A stretch of DNA of 64,000 bases from an uncultured Ruminococcus sp. (GTDB lineage: Bacteria; Bacillota; Clostridia; Oscillospirales; CAG-382), in the NCBI GenBank assembly GCA_964530795.1, contig CAZHBX010000001.1:92-64091 (forward strand). Direction: 5' to 3'. Within the stretch, counting starts at the first letter, position 1; each line of letters starts with the position of its first letter. The notes under the pieces are model-generated. The model was not told where the DNA came from. It saw only the letters and a list, made by a program, of their open reading frames with translations, and ran no database searches. Of this stretch, positions 36,792 through 45,397 are shown one piece after another. The translations under genes and the position numbers were made by a program.

Positions 36792-36984
36792 AACGGCTGT
36801 TGAAACGCGGGAGGCGCGCACAGACGCGGCGGAAACGAAGGGATTCAGCGGTTTCGAGCGGGAACAGCAGAATGTCCGGGCAGGGGCCGTCGGTCTCCTG
36901 CGGGGAAAAGGACTTTTTTGCGGCAAGGCCGTAAAGTTTCGGGAGGTATGCTTCGAGGATGCGGTCCGCCTGCGGTTTTTCCAT
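36628..36984 (-). pseudogene. Possible 5' stub of a sigma-70/ECF-type sigma factor gene
   Basis: GGAGA RBS then ATG 36984. The first ~45 aa (MEKPQADRILEAYLPKLYGLAAKKSFSPQETD..DILL) resemble a sigma region-2 N-terminus. The rest runs antisense into mnmA as an Arg-rich frame. Confidence 0.3.
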
Positions 36985-37057
36985 GGTTTTCTCCGGGCCG
37001 TTCGGTTTCCGTTTGCCCTTATCGTGCGAAGAAATGACAAAAAAGCAAGCCCTCCCC

Positions 37058-37086
37058 TTTACAAAAAACGGGAAGTATGGTAAAAT
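37058..37086 (+). promoter_or_regulatory. Sigma-A type promoter of glgB
   Basis: TTTACA (37058-37063), 17-nt spacer, TGgTAAAAT (37078-37086). The track-ORF ATG at 37077 lies inside it. Confidence 0.7.
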
Positions 37087-37112
37087 GGGGCAAAAAGGAA
37101 GGGGGATTTTCC

Positions 37113-39095
37113 GTGTACCGCATCCTGAAACTCGACCCGGCGCTCGCGCCGTTCGCAGCGGATATCGAGCTGCGCATGGAAAACTACCGCAAAACCAAAA
37201 AGCGCCTGCTTGGCGCAAAGGGAAACCTGTTCGACTTCGCGAACGGGCATCTGTATTTCGGCGTACACCGCACCGACAGCAACTGGGTCTATCGCGAATG
37301 GGCGCCTGGGGCGGAAAAACTGTACTTCACCGGGGATTTCAACGACTGGAACCCAACGGCGTGTCCGATGGCACGGCTGGAAAATGGGGTATTCGAGGTT
37401 CGCCTTGACGGGAAGGACGCCCTGCGGAACGGGCAGAAGGTGCAGACCGTCGTCGAGCGGGACGGGAGGCTGCTCCGGCGCATCCCGCTCTACGCGCACC
37501 GCGTCGTACAGGACCCCGTGACAGCCCTCTGGTGCGCCGAGATTGACGAGCCGGACGAACCTTTTCCCTGGACGGACGAAGGGTTTTGCCCGCAGAAGCC
37601 GCTTCTGATCTATGAATGCCATATCGGCATGGCGCAGGAGAAGGCGGGAATCGGCAGCTACGACGAGTTTCGCAGGAATATCCTGCCGCGGGTGAAGGAC
37701 GCGGGGTACACCGCCTTGCAGATCATGGCAATCATGGAGCACCCGTACTACGGCTCGTTCGGCTACCAGGTCACGAACTTCTTCGCCGCTTCCTCCCGGT
37801 TCGGGCGTGCAAGCGAACTGAAGGCGCTTATCGACGACGCACACCGGATGGGCATCGCCGTCCTGCTCGACGTCGTGCATTCCCACGCCGCCCGGAACAC
37901 GAACGAAGGCATCAACGAGTTCGACGGGACGACAAACCAATTCTTCCGCGAGGGTTCGGCGGGCGACCACCCGTCATGGGGAACGAAACTGTTCAACTAC
38001 GGCAAGGACGAGGTCCTGCACTTTCTGCTTTCAAACCTGAAATACTGGATGGAGGAATTTCACTTCGACGGTTTCCGCTTCGACGGGGTCACGTCCATGC
38101 TCTACCGCGACCACGGGCTCGGGACCGCTTTCACGGACTACCGGTACTACTTTTCGCTCAACACCGACGTCGAGGCGGTCACCTACCTCCAGCTCGCGAA
38201 CGAGTTGATCCACCGGGTCAACCCGCACGCGATCACGGTCGCAGAGGATATGTCCGGGATGCCGGGGATGTGCTTGCCGATCCGGGACGGAGGGATTGGT
38301 TTCAATTACCGGCTCGCGATGGGCGTGCCGGACGTGTGGGTCAAGTTCGTGACCGGCCTGCGGGACGAGGATTGGGACATGGAGAAGCTGTGGTACGAGC
38401 TGACCACCCGCCGCCCGGGCGAAAAGAACGTCGGCTACTGCGAGTCCCATGACCAGGCGCTCGTCGGGGACAAGACGCTGCTGTTCCGGCTGTGCGACGC
38501 GGAGATGTATACGGGCATGGAGAAACGCTCGCAGAACGCGGTCATTGACCGCGGGGTCGCGCTGCACAAGATGATCCGCCTGCTGACCGCCACGCTCGCC
38601 GGGGAAGCCTACCTCAACTTCATGGGCAACGAGTTCGGACACCCGGAATGGATCGATTTCCCCCGCGAGGGCAACGGCTGGAGTTACACCTACTGCCGCC
38701 GGCAATGGAGCCTCGCCGACAACGGGTTCCTGCGCTACGGGGAATTGCAGGCGTTCGACCGGGCGATGACCGGGCTGCTGCGGGACGAGCGGATTTTGGA
38801 AAAGAAAACGAGACGGCTTTTCGTCTCACAGGAGGACAAGCGGATCGTCTACGCGAAGGGGTCGGTGCTGTTCGCTTTCAATTTCCACCCGGTGCGGTCA
38901 TACGCGTCGGTGTTCCTGCCCGCGCCGTCGGCGGGGAAATACCGCGTGCTGTTCTCGTCCGACGACGGGCGGTTCGGCGGATTCGACCGTGTGGACGGGT
39001 CGTACGTGTACCGCGCCGTGCGGGCTGCGGACGGGGGGTGCGGGTTCCGGTGCTATCTGCCGGCGCGGTGCGCCGTGGTGTTTCAGAAGGGATAA
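37113..39095 (+). CDS. glgB: 1,4-alpha-glucan branching enzyme (GH13)
   Basis: GH13 catalytic regions (VLLDVVHSH, GFRFDGVTSM, GNEFGHPEW, SHDQ). GTG 37113 lies 6 nt after AAGGAAGGGGGA. Confidence 0.9.
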   Translation: MYRILKLDPALAPFAADIELRMENYRKTKKRLLGAKGNLFDFANGHLYFGVHRTDSNWVYREWAPGAEKLYFTGDFNDWNPTACPMARLENGVFEVRLDGKDALRNGQKVQTVVERDGRLLRRIPLYAHRVVQDPVTALWCAEIDEPDEPFPWTDEGFCPQKPLLIYECHIGMAQEKAGIGSYDEFRRNILPRVKDAGYTALQIMAIMEHPYYGSFGYQVTNFFAASSRFGRASELKALIDDAHRMGIAVLLDVVHSHAARNTNEGINEFDGTTNQFFREGSAGDHPSWGTKLFNYGKDEVLHFLLSNLKYWMEEFHFDGFRFDGVTSMLYRDHGLGTAFTDYRYYFSLNTDVEAVTYLQLANELIHRVNPHAITVAEDMSGMPGMCLPIRDGGIGFNYRLAMGVPDVWVKFVTGLRDEDWDMEKLWYELTTRRPGEKNVGYCESHDQALVGDKTLLFRLCDAEMYTGMEKRSQNAVIDRGVALHKMIRLLTATLAGEAYLNFMGNEFGHPEWIDFPREGNGWSYTYCRRQWSLADNGFLRYGELQAFDRAMTGLLRDERILEKKTRRLFVSQEDKRIVYAKGSVLFAFNFHPVRSYASVFLPAPSAGKYRVLFSSDDGRFGGFDRVDGSYVYRAVRAADGGCGFRCYLPARCAVVFQKG

Positions 39096-39169
39096 AAAAG
39101 CTGGAGGTTTGCCGGGACTGCGCGAACGCGGCCCGACCCCCCATGCAAAGAAACTTTTTAAGTCGTTTT

Positions 39170-40288
39170 TTACGATTGCAAAAAGGACATGAACGCGTTC
39201 TTATTTTCGATCGCGCTCGTCGTCGGGCGGCCGAGGTCTTTGCGGGCGCCGATGGCGCACTTGATCTCCAGGAAGGTCAGTTCGCGGCTTTCCTTCACGT
39301 CACGCAGAGCGGTTTCCAGTTCCTCCGAAGTTCGCGCCGTCAGGACGCGCGGGTAGCCGCACGCCTTCGCGACCGCGTACAGGTCAACGCTTCCCGCCGC
39401 CGTCGGCATCCCGCCGACGCTCTCATGCGCGCAGTTGTTGAGCAGGACGTGGACGAGGTTCTTGGGCTTCACGCTGCCGATAACCGCGAGCGCGCCCATA
39501 TGCATCAGCAGCGCCCCGTCCCCGTCGAGGCACCAGAACCGTTTCTCCGGCTTCTGCAGCGCCGCGCCGAGCGCGATCGACGAGCTGTGCCCCATCGACC
39601 CGACGGTCAGAAAATCCCGCCCGTGCCCGACGCCTGCCGCCTCACGCAGCTCGAACAGCTCGCGGGACGCTTTCCCGGTCGTACAGACGACCGCGTCCTC
39701 CCCGCTGGCGATGAGCAGGCGGCGAATCGCCGCCTCTCGCGTTAAAGGGTAGCCGTTGCGATAAACCCTGCGCCCGGCATAGGTCAGCGCACCCTTGCGA
39801 ATGACAAAAGCAACCTGCTTTCCCGCCGCGAGCAGTACACGGAAGCCGTTCATCGCCTTTTGCAACTGTTCCTCTGTCGTCTCCTTCCCGACAACGAAAC
39901 AGGAAACGTCCATCGTTTCCAGCAGTCGGACCGTCACTTCCCCCTGGAACCGGTGCTGCGGCTCGTCCGGCACACCGGGCTCCCCCCGCCAGCCGACGAC
40001 GAACACACACGGAATCGCGTAGACCGACCTGTTGAGCAGGGAGGCGAGCGGGTTGACCGCGTTCCCCTCCCCGCTGTTCTGGAGGTAAACCAGCGGGACT
40101 TTGCCGGTCGCGAGGTGGTACCCGGCGGCCAGCGCGACGCAGTTTCCCTCGTTCGCCGCAATCAGATGACATCGGGGGTCCTCCCCGCAGGTATCCAGCA
40201 GATAATCGCACAGCGGTCGAAGCAGGGAATCCGGCACCCCGGTATAGAAATCCGATCCCACGATGCGCAGAAAATCGATGACTTGCAT
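39170..40288 (-). CDS. ppd: Phosphonopyruvate decarboxylase (ThDP-dependent)
   Basis: 372 aa. The N-terminus (DFYTGVPDSLL, ANEGNCVALAAGY) and the ThDP motif GDGALLMH...LLNN are typical of Ppd/AepY/Fom2. It lies directly downstream of PEP mutase. Confidence 0.85.
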   Translation of the reverse strand: MQVIDFLRIVGSDFYTGVPDSLLRPLCDYLLDTCGEDPRCHLIAANEGNCVALAAGYHLATGKVPLVYLQNSGEGNAVNPLASLLNRSVYAIPCVFVVGWRGEPGVPDEPQHRFQGEVTVRLLETMDVSCFVVGKETTEEQLQKAMNGFRVLLAAGKQVAFVIRKGALTYAGRRVYRNGYPLTREAAIRRLLIASGEDAVVCTTGKASRELFELREAAGVGHGRDFLTVGSMGHSSSIALGAALQKPEKRFWCLDGDGALLMHMGALAVIGSVKPKNLVHVLLNNCAHESVGGMPTAAGSVDLYAVAKACGYPRVLTARTSEELETALRDVKESRELTFLEIKCAIGARKDLGRPTTSAIENKNAFMSFLQS

Positions 40289-40308
40289 GGTAAATCCTCC
40301 CCCCTCCT

Positions 40309-41604
40309 CTACAGCTCGTCGATGAGGGTGATGATATCCTTAATCGGCATCAGCCGGTCGTCGACCTCTTTCGCGCGGTGGTAGCGCAGGATGTCCTCCG
40401 CCGTGCGCTGCATCGCCGGGAAGGCGCTGCGCGTGAGCTGGTTGGCGTAGATGACGATATTGACCCCGTGGGCCGCCAGTTCCTCTTCCGTGACGCTGTT
40501 AAAGGAGGACGGCACGACGACGAGAGGGGTGTGCGGGTCGGTCCCGCGGAAACGGTCGCAGAATTCGAGAATCTGCGACGGGTCCTTCTTGCGGCTATGG
40601 ATCATGATCCCGTCCGCTCCCGCGCCGACGAACGCCGACGCGCGCGTCAGCGCGTCCTCCATGCCTTTTTCGAGGATCAGGCTCTCGATGCGGGCGATGA
40701 TCATGAAGTCCTCGGTCAGCTGCGCATGCTTGCCGGCCGAAATCTTGGCGCAGAACTCCTCGACCGGGGCCTGCTCCTGCTCGACTTCCGTACCGAACAG
40801 GCTGTTTTTCTTCAGTCCCACCTTATCCTCGATGATAACCGCGCTGACCCCCATCCGCTCGAGCGTGCGGACGTTATAGACGAAGTGCTCGGGAAGTCCG
40901 CCGGTATCACCGTCGAGGATGACCGGTTTGGTCGTAACCTCCATAATATCATCGATCGTACGCAGGCGGGAGGACATATCGACCAGTTCGATGTCCGGTT
41001 TTCCCTTCGCCGTCGAGTCGCAAAGCGAGCTCAGCCACATCGCGTCGAACTGGTCAAGCCGGCCGTTATGTTCGACGACAGTCTTTTCGGCAATTAACCC
41101 GGTCAGCCCGCTGTGCGCTTCGAGCGCCTTGACGATCGGACAGATGCGGATCAATTGCCGCAGCCGCTTGCGACGGTACTCCGGCATGGCGAGTTTCTCT
41201 TTCAGTTGGTTGTCCACCTCGCGGACGGCTTCGTTTCGAGTATAGGGCACGTCAAGGATCTGCCCGCCGTAAGCGGAAAGCAGCGACTCGACGCTCGCGC
41301 GGATTCCCGTCATCGGACCGACCAGCCAGTTGTCGCCGTGGATGACGTAATCCGGACGCAGGGCCGGGATAACGTCGGTGTAAAGCATATCGTTCTGCAC
41401 GACGACCTCCTCCACCCCGTCGATCTCGCCGTATAGCCGCATCCGCTCCTCAAGCGATTTGGTTGGGAAACGGTTGAAGCGAATCAGCGCTTCGTCCGAA
41501 AGCGCCCCGACGATGACCTTGCCGTAGCGGTGGGCCTGTTCGACGATGTTCAGGTGCCCTTCGTGGATGACATCCGTGCAGAAGCAGGCGTAAACGGTTT
41601 TCAT
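40309..41604 (-). CDS. Bifunctional cytidylyltransferase / phosphoenolpyruvate mutase (Fom1-like architecture)
   Basis: The N-terminal ~130 aa form an HxGH nucleotidyltransferase fold (CFCTDVIHEGHLNIV). The C-terminal isocitrate-lyase-superfamily domain carries the Ppm-diagnostic EDKVGLKKNS (EDK-X5-NS). Confidence 0.9.
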   Translation of the reverse strand: MKTVYACFCTDVIHEGHLNIVEQAHRYGKVIVGALSDEALIRFNRFPTKSLEERMRLYGEIDGVEEVVVQNDMLYTDVIPALRPDYVIHGDNWLVGPMTGIRASVESLLSAYGGQILDVPYTRNEAVREVDNQLKEKLAMPEYRRKRLRQLIRICPIVKALEAHSGLTGLIAEKTVVEHNGRLDQFDAMWLSSLCDSTAKGKPDIELVDMSSRLRTIDDIMEVTTKPVILDGDTGGLPEHFVYNVRTLERMGVSAVIIEDKVGLKKNSLFGTEVEQEQAPVEEFCAKISAGKHAQLTEDFMIIARIESLILEKGMEDALTRASAFVGAGADGIMIHSRKKDPSQILEFCDRFRGTDPHTPLVVVPSSFNSVTEEELAAHGVNIVIYANQLTRSAFPAMQRTAEDILRYHRAKEVDDRLMPIKDIITLIDEL

Positions 41605-41651
41605 ACGATACTCCCCTCCTCAAGCTCGCAAATTTGGTTTCATCCCCGTTT

Positions 41652-42827
41652 TCAGCGGAATTTATCGATGATTTCACGGACGAGGAAATCCGCCGTCTCG
41701 TCGATGCGGTCAAACGGGACGTGCTTGGGCAGGTTCGTCCCGAAGGCGGTCCGACACTTTTCGAGTAGTTCGTCGGTATAGGTCAGCACCCCGCCTTCGA
41801 CCCGCTCGATTCCGTCGAGATAGATGGATTCGCGGTTCTTCCGACGCATTTCCGCAAGCGAAAACGGCTTTTCGAGCACCTCCGCGCGGATGTGCTCGTC
41901 CCGCCCGTCGAGCAGCACCGGGTACCCGCCGAGTTCGCCGAACGCGCCGGGAATATGCAGCTTGCGCACCTGCCGGTCCCGCACGACGGCAAGACAGGCG
42001 CGGAGAATCTCGTAGTTGCTCGACGCGTTCATCATGTTGCGCTTCGCGTCGATTGGCATGGGGATGGCGCAGCGGGCGAACAGCTCGCTCTGCGCGACCG
42101 ACAGGACTTCCCCGCGGTAACGCAGCTCCAGCAGCAGCTCCTGCCCTTCCGCCTGCCCCTCCTTGCTGATGCAGACGTCGTGAAAGTGGGAGGCGGCGAA
42201 GGTCACGTCGATGTTGTAAGGGTCGGGAATACCGAGCAATTCCCCGGTGGCGAGCTTAAAGCGGTAGACGAGGTGGTTAAGGTTGCCGCTGCCGAAATCG
42301 GGATACGGAAGCCCCGCGGACTTCAGCCACGGCAGAATCGCGTCGGAATAGGACGTGTTGACGACGATCGCGTCCGGACTCGCCACTTCGCACGCCCGCA
42401 TGAGGTTACGCACGTACTTGACCGAAAGCGGCGCCCAGATGCCGTAGGCGCGGACATTCTTCCACGAGATGCTGCCGTACTTCAGCCCGGCGTAAGCGCG
42501 GCTGCTGTTGACGATGAAATCCGGCTGCCATGCGGAAAGCACCTCCGCGATGGACGGGACGTCGTCGAGGTTGACCGTGTCGAAGATGCGGACCGGCCCG
42601 CGGCAGCGCCCGCGAATGGACGTCGCGACCCGCAGGATATTCACATCGGAAATCAGTTTTTCCGGGTTCCGTCCGGCGACGGCCAGCTCGACGCCCTCGT
42701 CCGCGTCCGAAAGCAGGTAGTCGAGCAGATAGTGCCCGACGCTCCCGAGCCCAACGATGAGGATGCGGGCCTTGCGGGTTCCGAGCGGCTCGCGCAGCAG
42801 GTTGAGTTTGCGTTCCAACGGTGTCAT
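41652..42827 (-). CDS. NAD(P)-binding Rossmann dehydrogenase, saccharopine-dehydrogenase-like (tentative)
   Basis: N-terminal ILIVGLGSVGHYLLDYL (GxGxxG) and about 390 aa overall. An AGGAGGA RBS is present and the ATGA start overlaps the upstream gene. The family placement is by eye only. Confidence 0.55.
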   Translation of the reverse strand: MTPLERKLNLLREPLGTRKARILIVGLGSVGHYLLDYLLSDADEGVELAVAGRNPEKLISDVNILRVATSIRGRCRGPVRIFDTVNLDDVPSIAEVLSAWQPDFIVNSSRAYAGLKYGSISWKNVRAYGIWAPLSVKYVRNLMRACEVASPDAIVVNTSYSDAILPWLKSAGLPYPDFGSGNLNHLVYRFKLATGELLGIPDPYNIDVTFAASHFHDVCISKEGQAEGQELLLELRYRGEVLSVAQSELFARCAIPMPIDAKRNMMNASSNYEILRACLAVVRDRQVRKLHIPGAFGELGGYPVLLDGRDEHIRAEVLEKPFSLAEMRRKNRESIYLDGIERVEGGVLTYTDELLEKCRTAFGTNLPKHVPFDRIDETADFLVREIIDKFR

Positions 42828-43585
42828 GGCGTTTCCTCCTTGTTTTCGGGAATTCTGTCGAAATCCGAAACGGTATTGCAGTTGATCCAGCTTTCAAACG
42901 GGAGCATCCGATAGCTTTCCCGGTCCCGCCCGCCGAAGTACCTGCCGACGAAGGTCAGGTTCGTGCCCTGCCAGTCGCGTTCCGGCGTTTCCCGCACGAG
43001 CGCGCGCAGGCGGCCCGGGTCGGCAAACTTCCAGACCTGCCCGGAGTTGCGGATCTCCGTGAAGGGTTCGTCAACGCGCAGGGCGCCGTGGTCGGTGTCG
43101 TAGAGGTAATGCACATGCCCGCGCAAGTCGAGATAGAAAGCGACGGCTTTGTCCGCCGTAATGGGTTCGCGGTTATAGGTCATCACGTCCGCCGGACACT
43201 CACACACGATGGAAAACGACGGCGTATCGAGGTACAGATCCCCCTCGGCGAAGACCAGCTCGTCGAACGCCCCCTTGCAGGCTTCCAGCAGTCCGCAGTA
43301 CAGACTCCAGCCAGAACCGTACCGCTCGTAGGACAGGTTATCGACGAGGGTCAGACGGTCCGCAAGATCGGGAAACTCCCGACGGACGGTCTCCTCCAAT
43401 TCCCCGAAGCGGTACCCCCCGACGAGGATGTAGCGGTCGAACGGAACCAGCTGCCGCAGCAGGCGGGCAAGCAGGCAGGTCGAAAAGTCCCCCCGATGGT
43501 ACAGGCATTTGACGCATTCCCGCCCGACCGAGCGCGAGAACCGTGTTGCCATCCCGGCGACCGTCACCAACAGCACACGCTTCAT
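42824..43585 (-). CDS. LicC/MobA-like nucleotidyltransferase (candidate phosphonate cytidylyltransferase)
   Basis: N-terminal VAGMATRF (G-x-G-x-R signature of sugar/alcohol-phosphate nucleotidyltransferases). ATG 43585 overlaps the upstream stop as ATGA. Confidence 0.65.
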   Translation of the reverse strand: MKRVLLVTVAGMATRFSRSVGRECVKCLYHRGDFSTCLLARLLRQLVPFDRYILVGGYRFGELEETVRREFPDLADRLTLVDNLSYERYGSGWSLYCGLLEACKGAFDELVFAEGDLYLDTPSFSIVCECPADVMTYNREPITADKAVAFYLDLRGHVHYLYDTDHGALRVDEPFTEIRNSGQVWKFADPGRLRALVRETPERDWQGTNLTFVGRYFGGRDRESYRMLPFESWINCNTVSDFDRIPENKEETP

Positions 43586-44571
43586 TTTCGCAGCTCCCAC
43601 ACGCACGCTTCTATGCCCTTTTCAAGCGGGACGGATGGGGCCCAGCCGGTGCGGGAGCGGATCTTCTCGGTATTCAGCACCCGCCGCTCCGGGTCCGACG
43701 CCCGATAGCCCTTGAACGTAATCTTCGGGTCGGTCACGCCGAGCTTGTCGGCACACAGCCGCACGAGGTCGAGAATGGAGATTTCCTCCTCCGTCGCGAC
43801 GTTGTAGACGCTGCCGTCGAGGGCTTCCGGCGAACGGATCAGGGCGAGCACCGCCGAGCAGCTGTCCTCATTGTAGAGGAAGGTCCGGCGATTCTTTCGG
43901 CTGTTTTCCAGCAGCTCCACCCCGCCGGTGTCGCGCAGCTGGTGCAGGATATGCGGGATGATGTGCTTCGGGTAAAGCTCGCTCTTGCTGTAGACGTTCG
44001 CGAAGCGGATCGAGCAGCCTTTGATCTGCCCCTCGTTCACCGCGTCGCGCAGGAAGAATTCGGTCAGCAGCTTTCCGGTCGCGTAGCTGGTTCGCTGGCT
44101 GTGTTCGGCGTTCGCGAGACGGATATAATCGCTCTCCTTTACCCCGCCTTCCGCCCAGGACGCCATGGAATAGACCTCCGACGTCGAGCAGTTGATATAG
44201 ACCTCCGCCCCGGCTGAGATCGCCTGGTCGAGGAACCGCTTCATTCCGACGACGTTGGTCTGAAAGGTGCGGTTGATATGGTAAAAATGTTCCGTATGCA
44301 CCACGGCGGCGCAGTTGACGTAGACGATTCTGTCACAATGCGGTTTTTCCGCGAGCACCTCCTGCCGGATCCTCTCCATCTGCGCCGGGTCGTTCAGGTC
44401 GAACGGGTGGAAGGCGAAGAGCGGGTTGTCCCGCAAATCCTCGACCGACGCGAAGGAGGACGCAAAGAAGTTGTCAAAGCCGATGACCTTCTGCCCCGCC
44501 TTGGTCACTTGTCGGGCGAGCTCGCTGCCGGTCATGCCGGTCACGCCGCTGACGACATACAGTTCTTTCAT
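43582..44571 (-). CDS. NAD-dependent epimerase/dehydratase (extended SDR)
   Basis: GVTGMTGSEL glycine-rich motif, the YATGK catalytic Y-x3-K and a length of about 330 aa. Confidence 0.85.
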   Translation of the reverse strand: MKELYVVSGVTGMTGSELARQVTKAGQKVIGFDNFFASSFASVEDLRDNPLFAFHPFDLNDPAQMERIRQEVLAEKPHCDRIVYVNCAAVVHTEHFYHINRTFQTNVVGMKRFLDQAISAGAEVYINCSTSEVYSMASWAEGGVKESDYIRLANAEHSQRTSYATGKLLTEFFLRDAVNEGQIKGCSIRFANVYSKSELYPKHIIPHILHQLRDTGGVELLENSRKNRRTFLYNEDSCSAVLALIRSPEALDGSVYNVATEEEISILDLVRLCADKLGVTDPKITFKGYRASDPERRVLNTEKIRSRTGWAPSVPLEKGIEACVWELRK

Positions 44572-45287
44572 ATCCCTTTTTCCAGCCTTTCCCGGTAGAA
44601 ATCGTCTGTCTGCCCGCAGAAAGTCTTTTGCTCCGCGGCGACGTCGTACGGTACTTTTTGCAGTCGCACGTCACCGGTCGCCGTGTCGAGCAGGGCGAAC
44701 TGGGCGTGCGGCACGTGGTTGCGGGGCTGCCCGACCGAGCCGGGATTGAGGAACGCCGTCCGCTTGCGGTTACGGTGGGACGGGTCGTCCGCCGGGTAGC
44801 AGACCTCGAAAAAATGCGGGAGGTGGGAATGCCCGGAGAACACGTAGTCGTAAACCCGGCAGGCATCCGGTTGCGGTCCGGGACGAACGGACCCCCAGTA
44901 CACATCGTTCGGGCTGCCGTGTACGGCGAGGCAGTATACCCCATCGGCGTCAAACGCGCAGGGACCGTCCGTCAGTCCGTGCAGGTACGCGAGGGTGCTT
45001 TCGGTCAGCACGTTTTGCGTGTAGCGAGCACTCAGCCGCCCGCGCTCGGTCGAAAAGCGGGAGAAGTCCCCGTCGAGGACAGCCTGCTCGTGGTTGCCAC
45101 GCAGGTTGCAGAGCGCCGGAAAGGGCCACGACCGCACGAGCGAAACCACCTCGTTCGACCGCATTCCGTAGTCAATCAGGTCGCCGAGCAAAACCAACCC
45201 GTCCGGATTCGCACGTTTCAGCGCCTCGCCGACCGCGCGGGTCGCTTCCAAGTTGCCGTGCAGGTCGGATAGGATCGCAAGCTTCAT
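44568..45287 (-). CDS. Calcineurin-like metallophosphoesterase
   Basis: Motifs LSDLHGN, LLGDLIDYG, GNHE and GHSH appear in canonical order. It is the first gene of the operon. Confidence 0.85.
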   Translation of the reverse strand: MKLAILSDLHGNLEATRAVGEALKRANPDGLVLLGDLIDYGMRSNEVVSLVRSWPFPALCNLRGNHEQAVLDGDFSRFSTERGRLSARYTQNVLTESTLAYLHGLTDGPCAFDADGVYCLAVHGSPNDVYWGSVRPGPQPDACRVYDYVFSGHSHLPHFFEVCYPADDPSHRNRKRTAFLNPGSVGQPRNHVPHAQFALLDTATGDVRLQKVPYDVAAEQKTFCGQTDDFYRERLEKGI

Positions 45288-45397
45288 TGGCTGTTCCCCT
45301 TTCTGGCTGATTTTTGTCGATTTTGAACATAAAGGCGAAAGGGCTCTTTCGATGAATGCTGTTCAATTTCATTTCAAAATTCTATTAGTATGAACAC

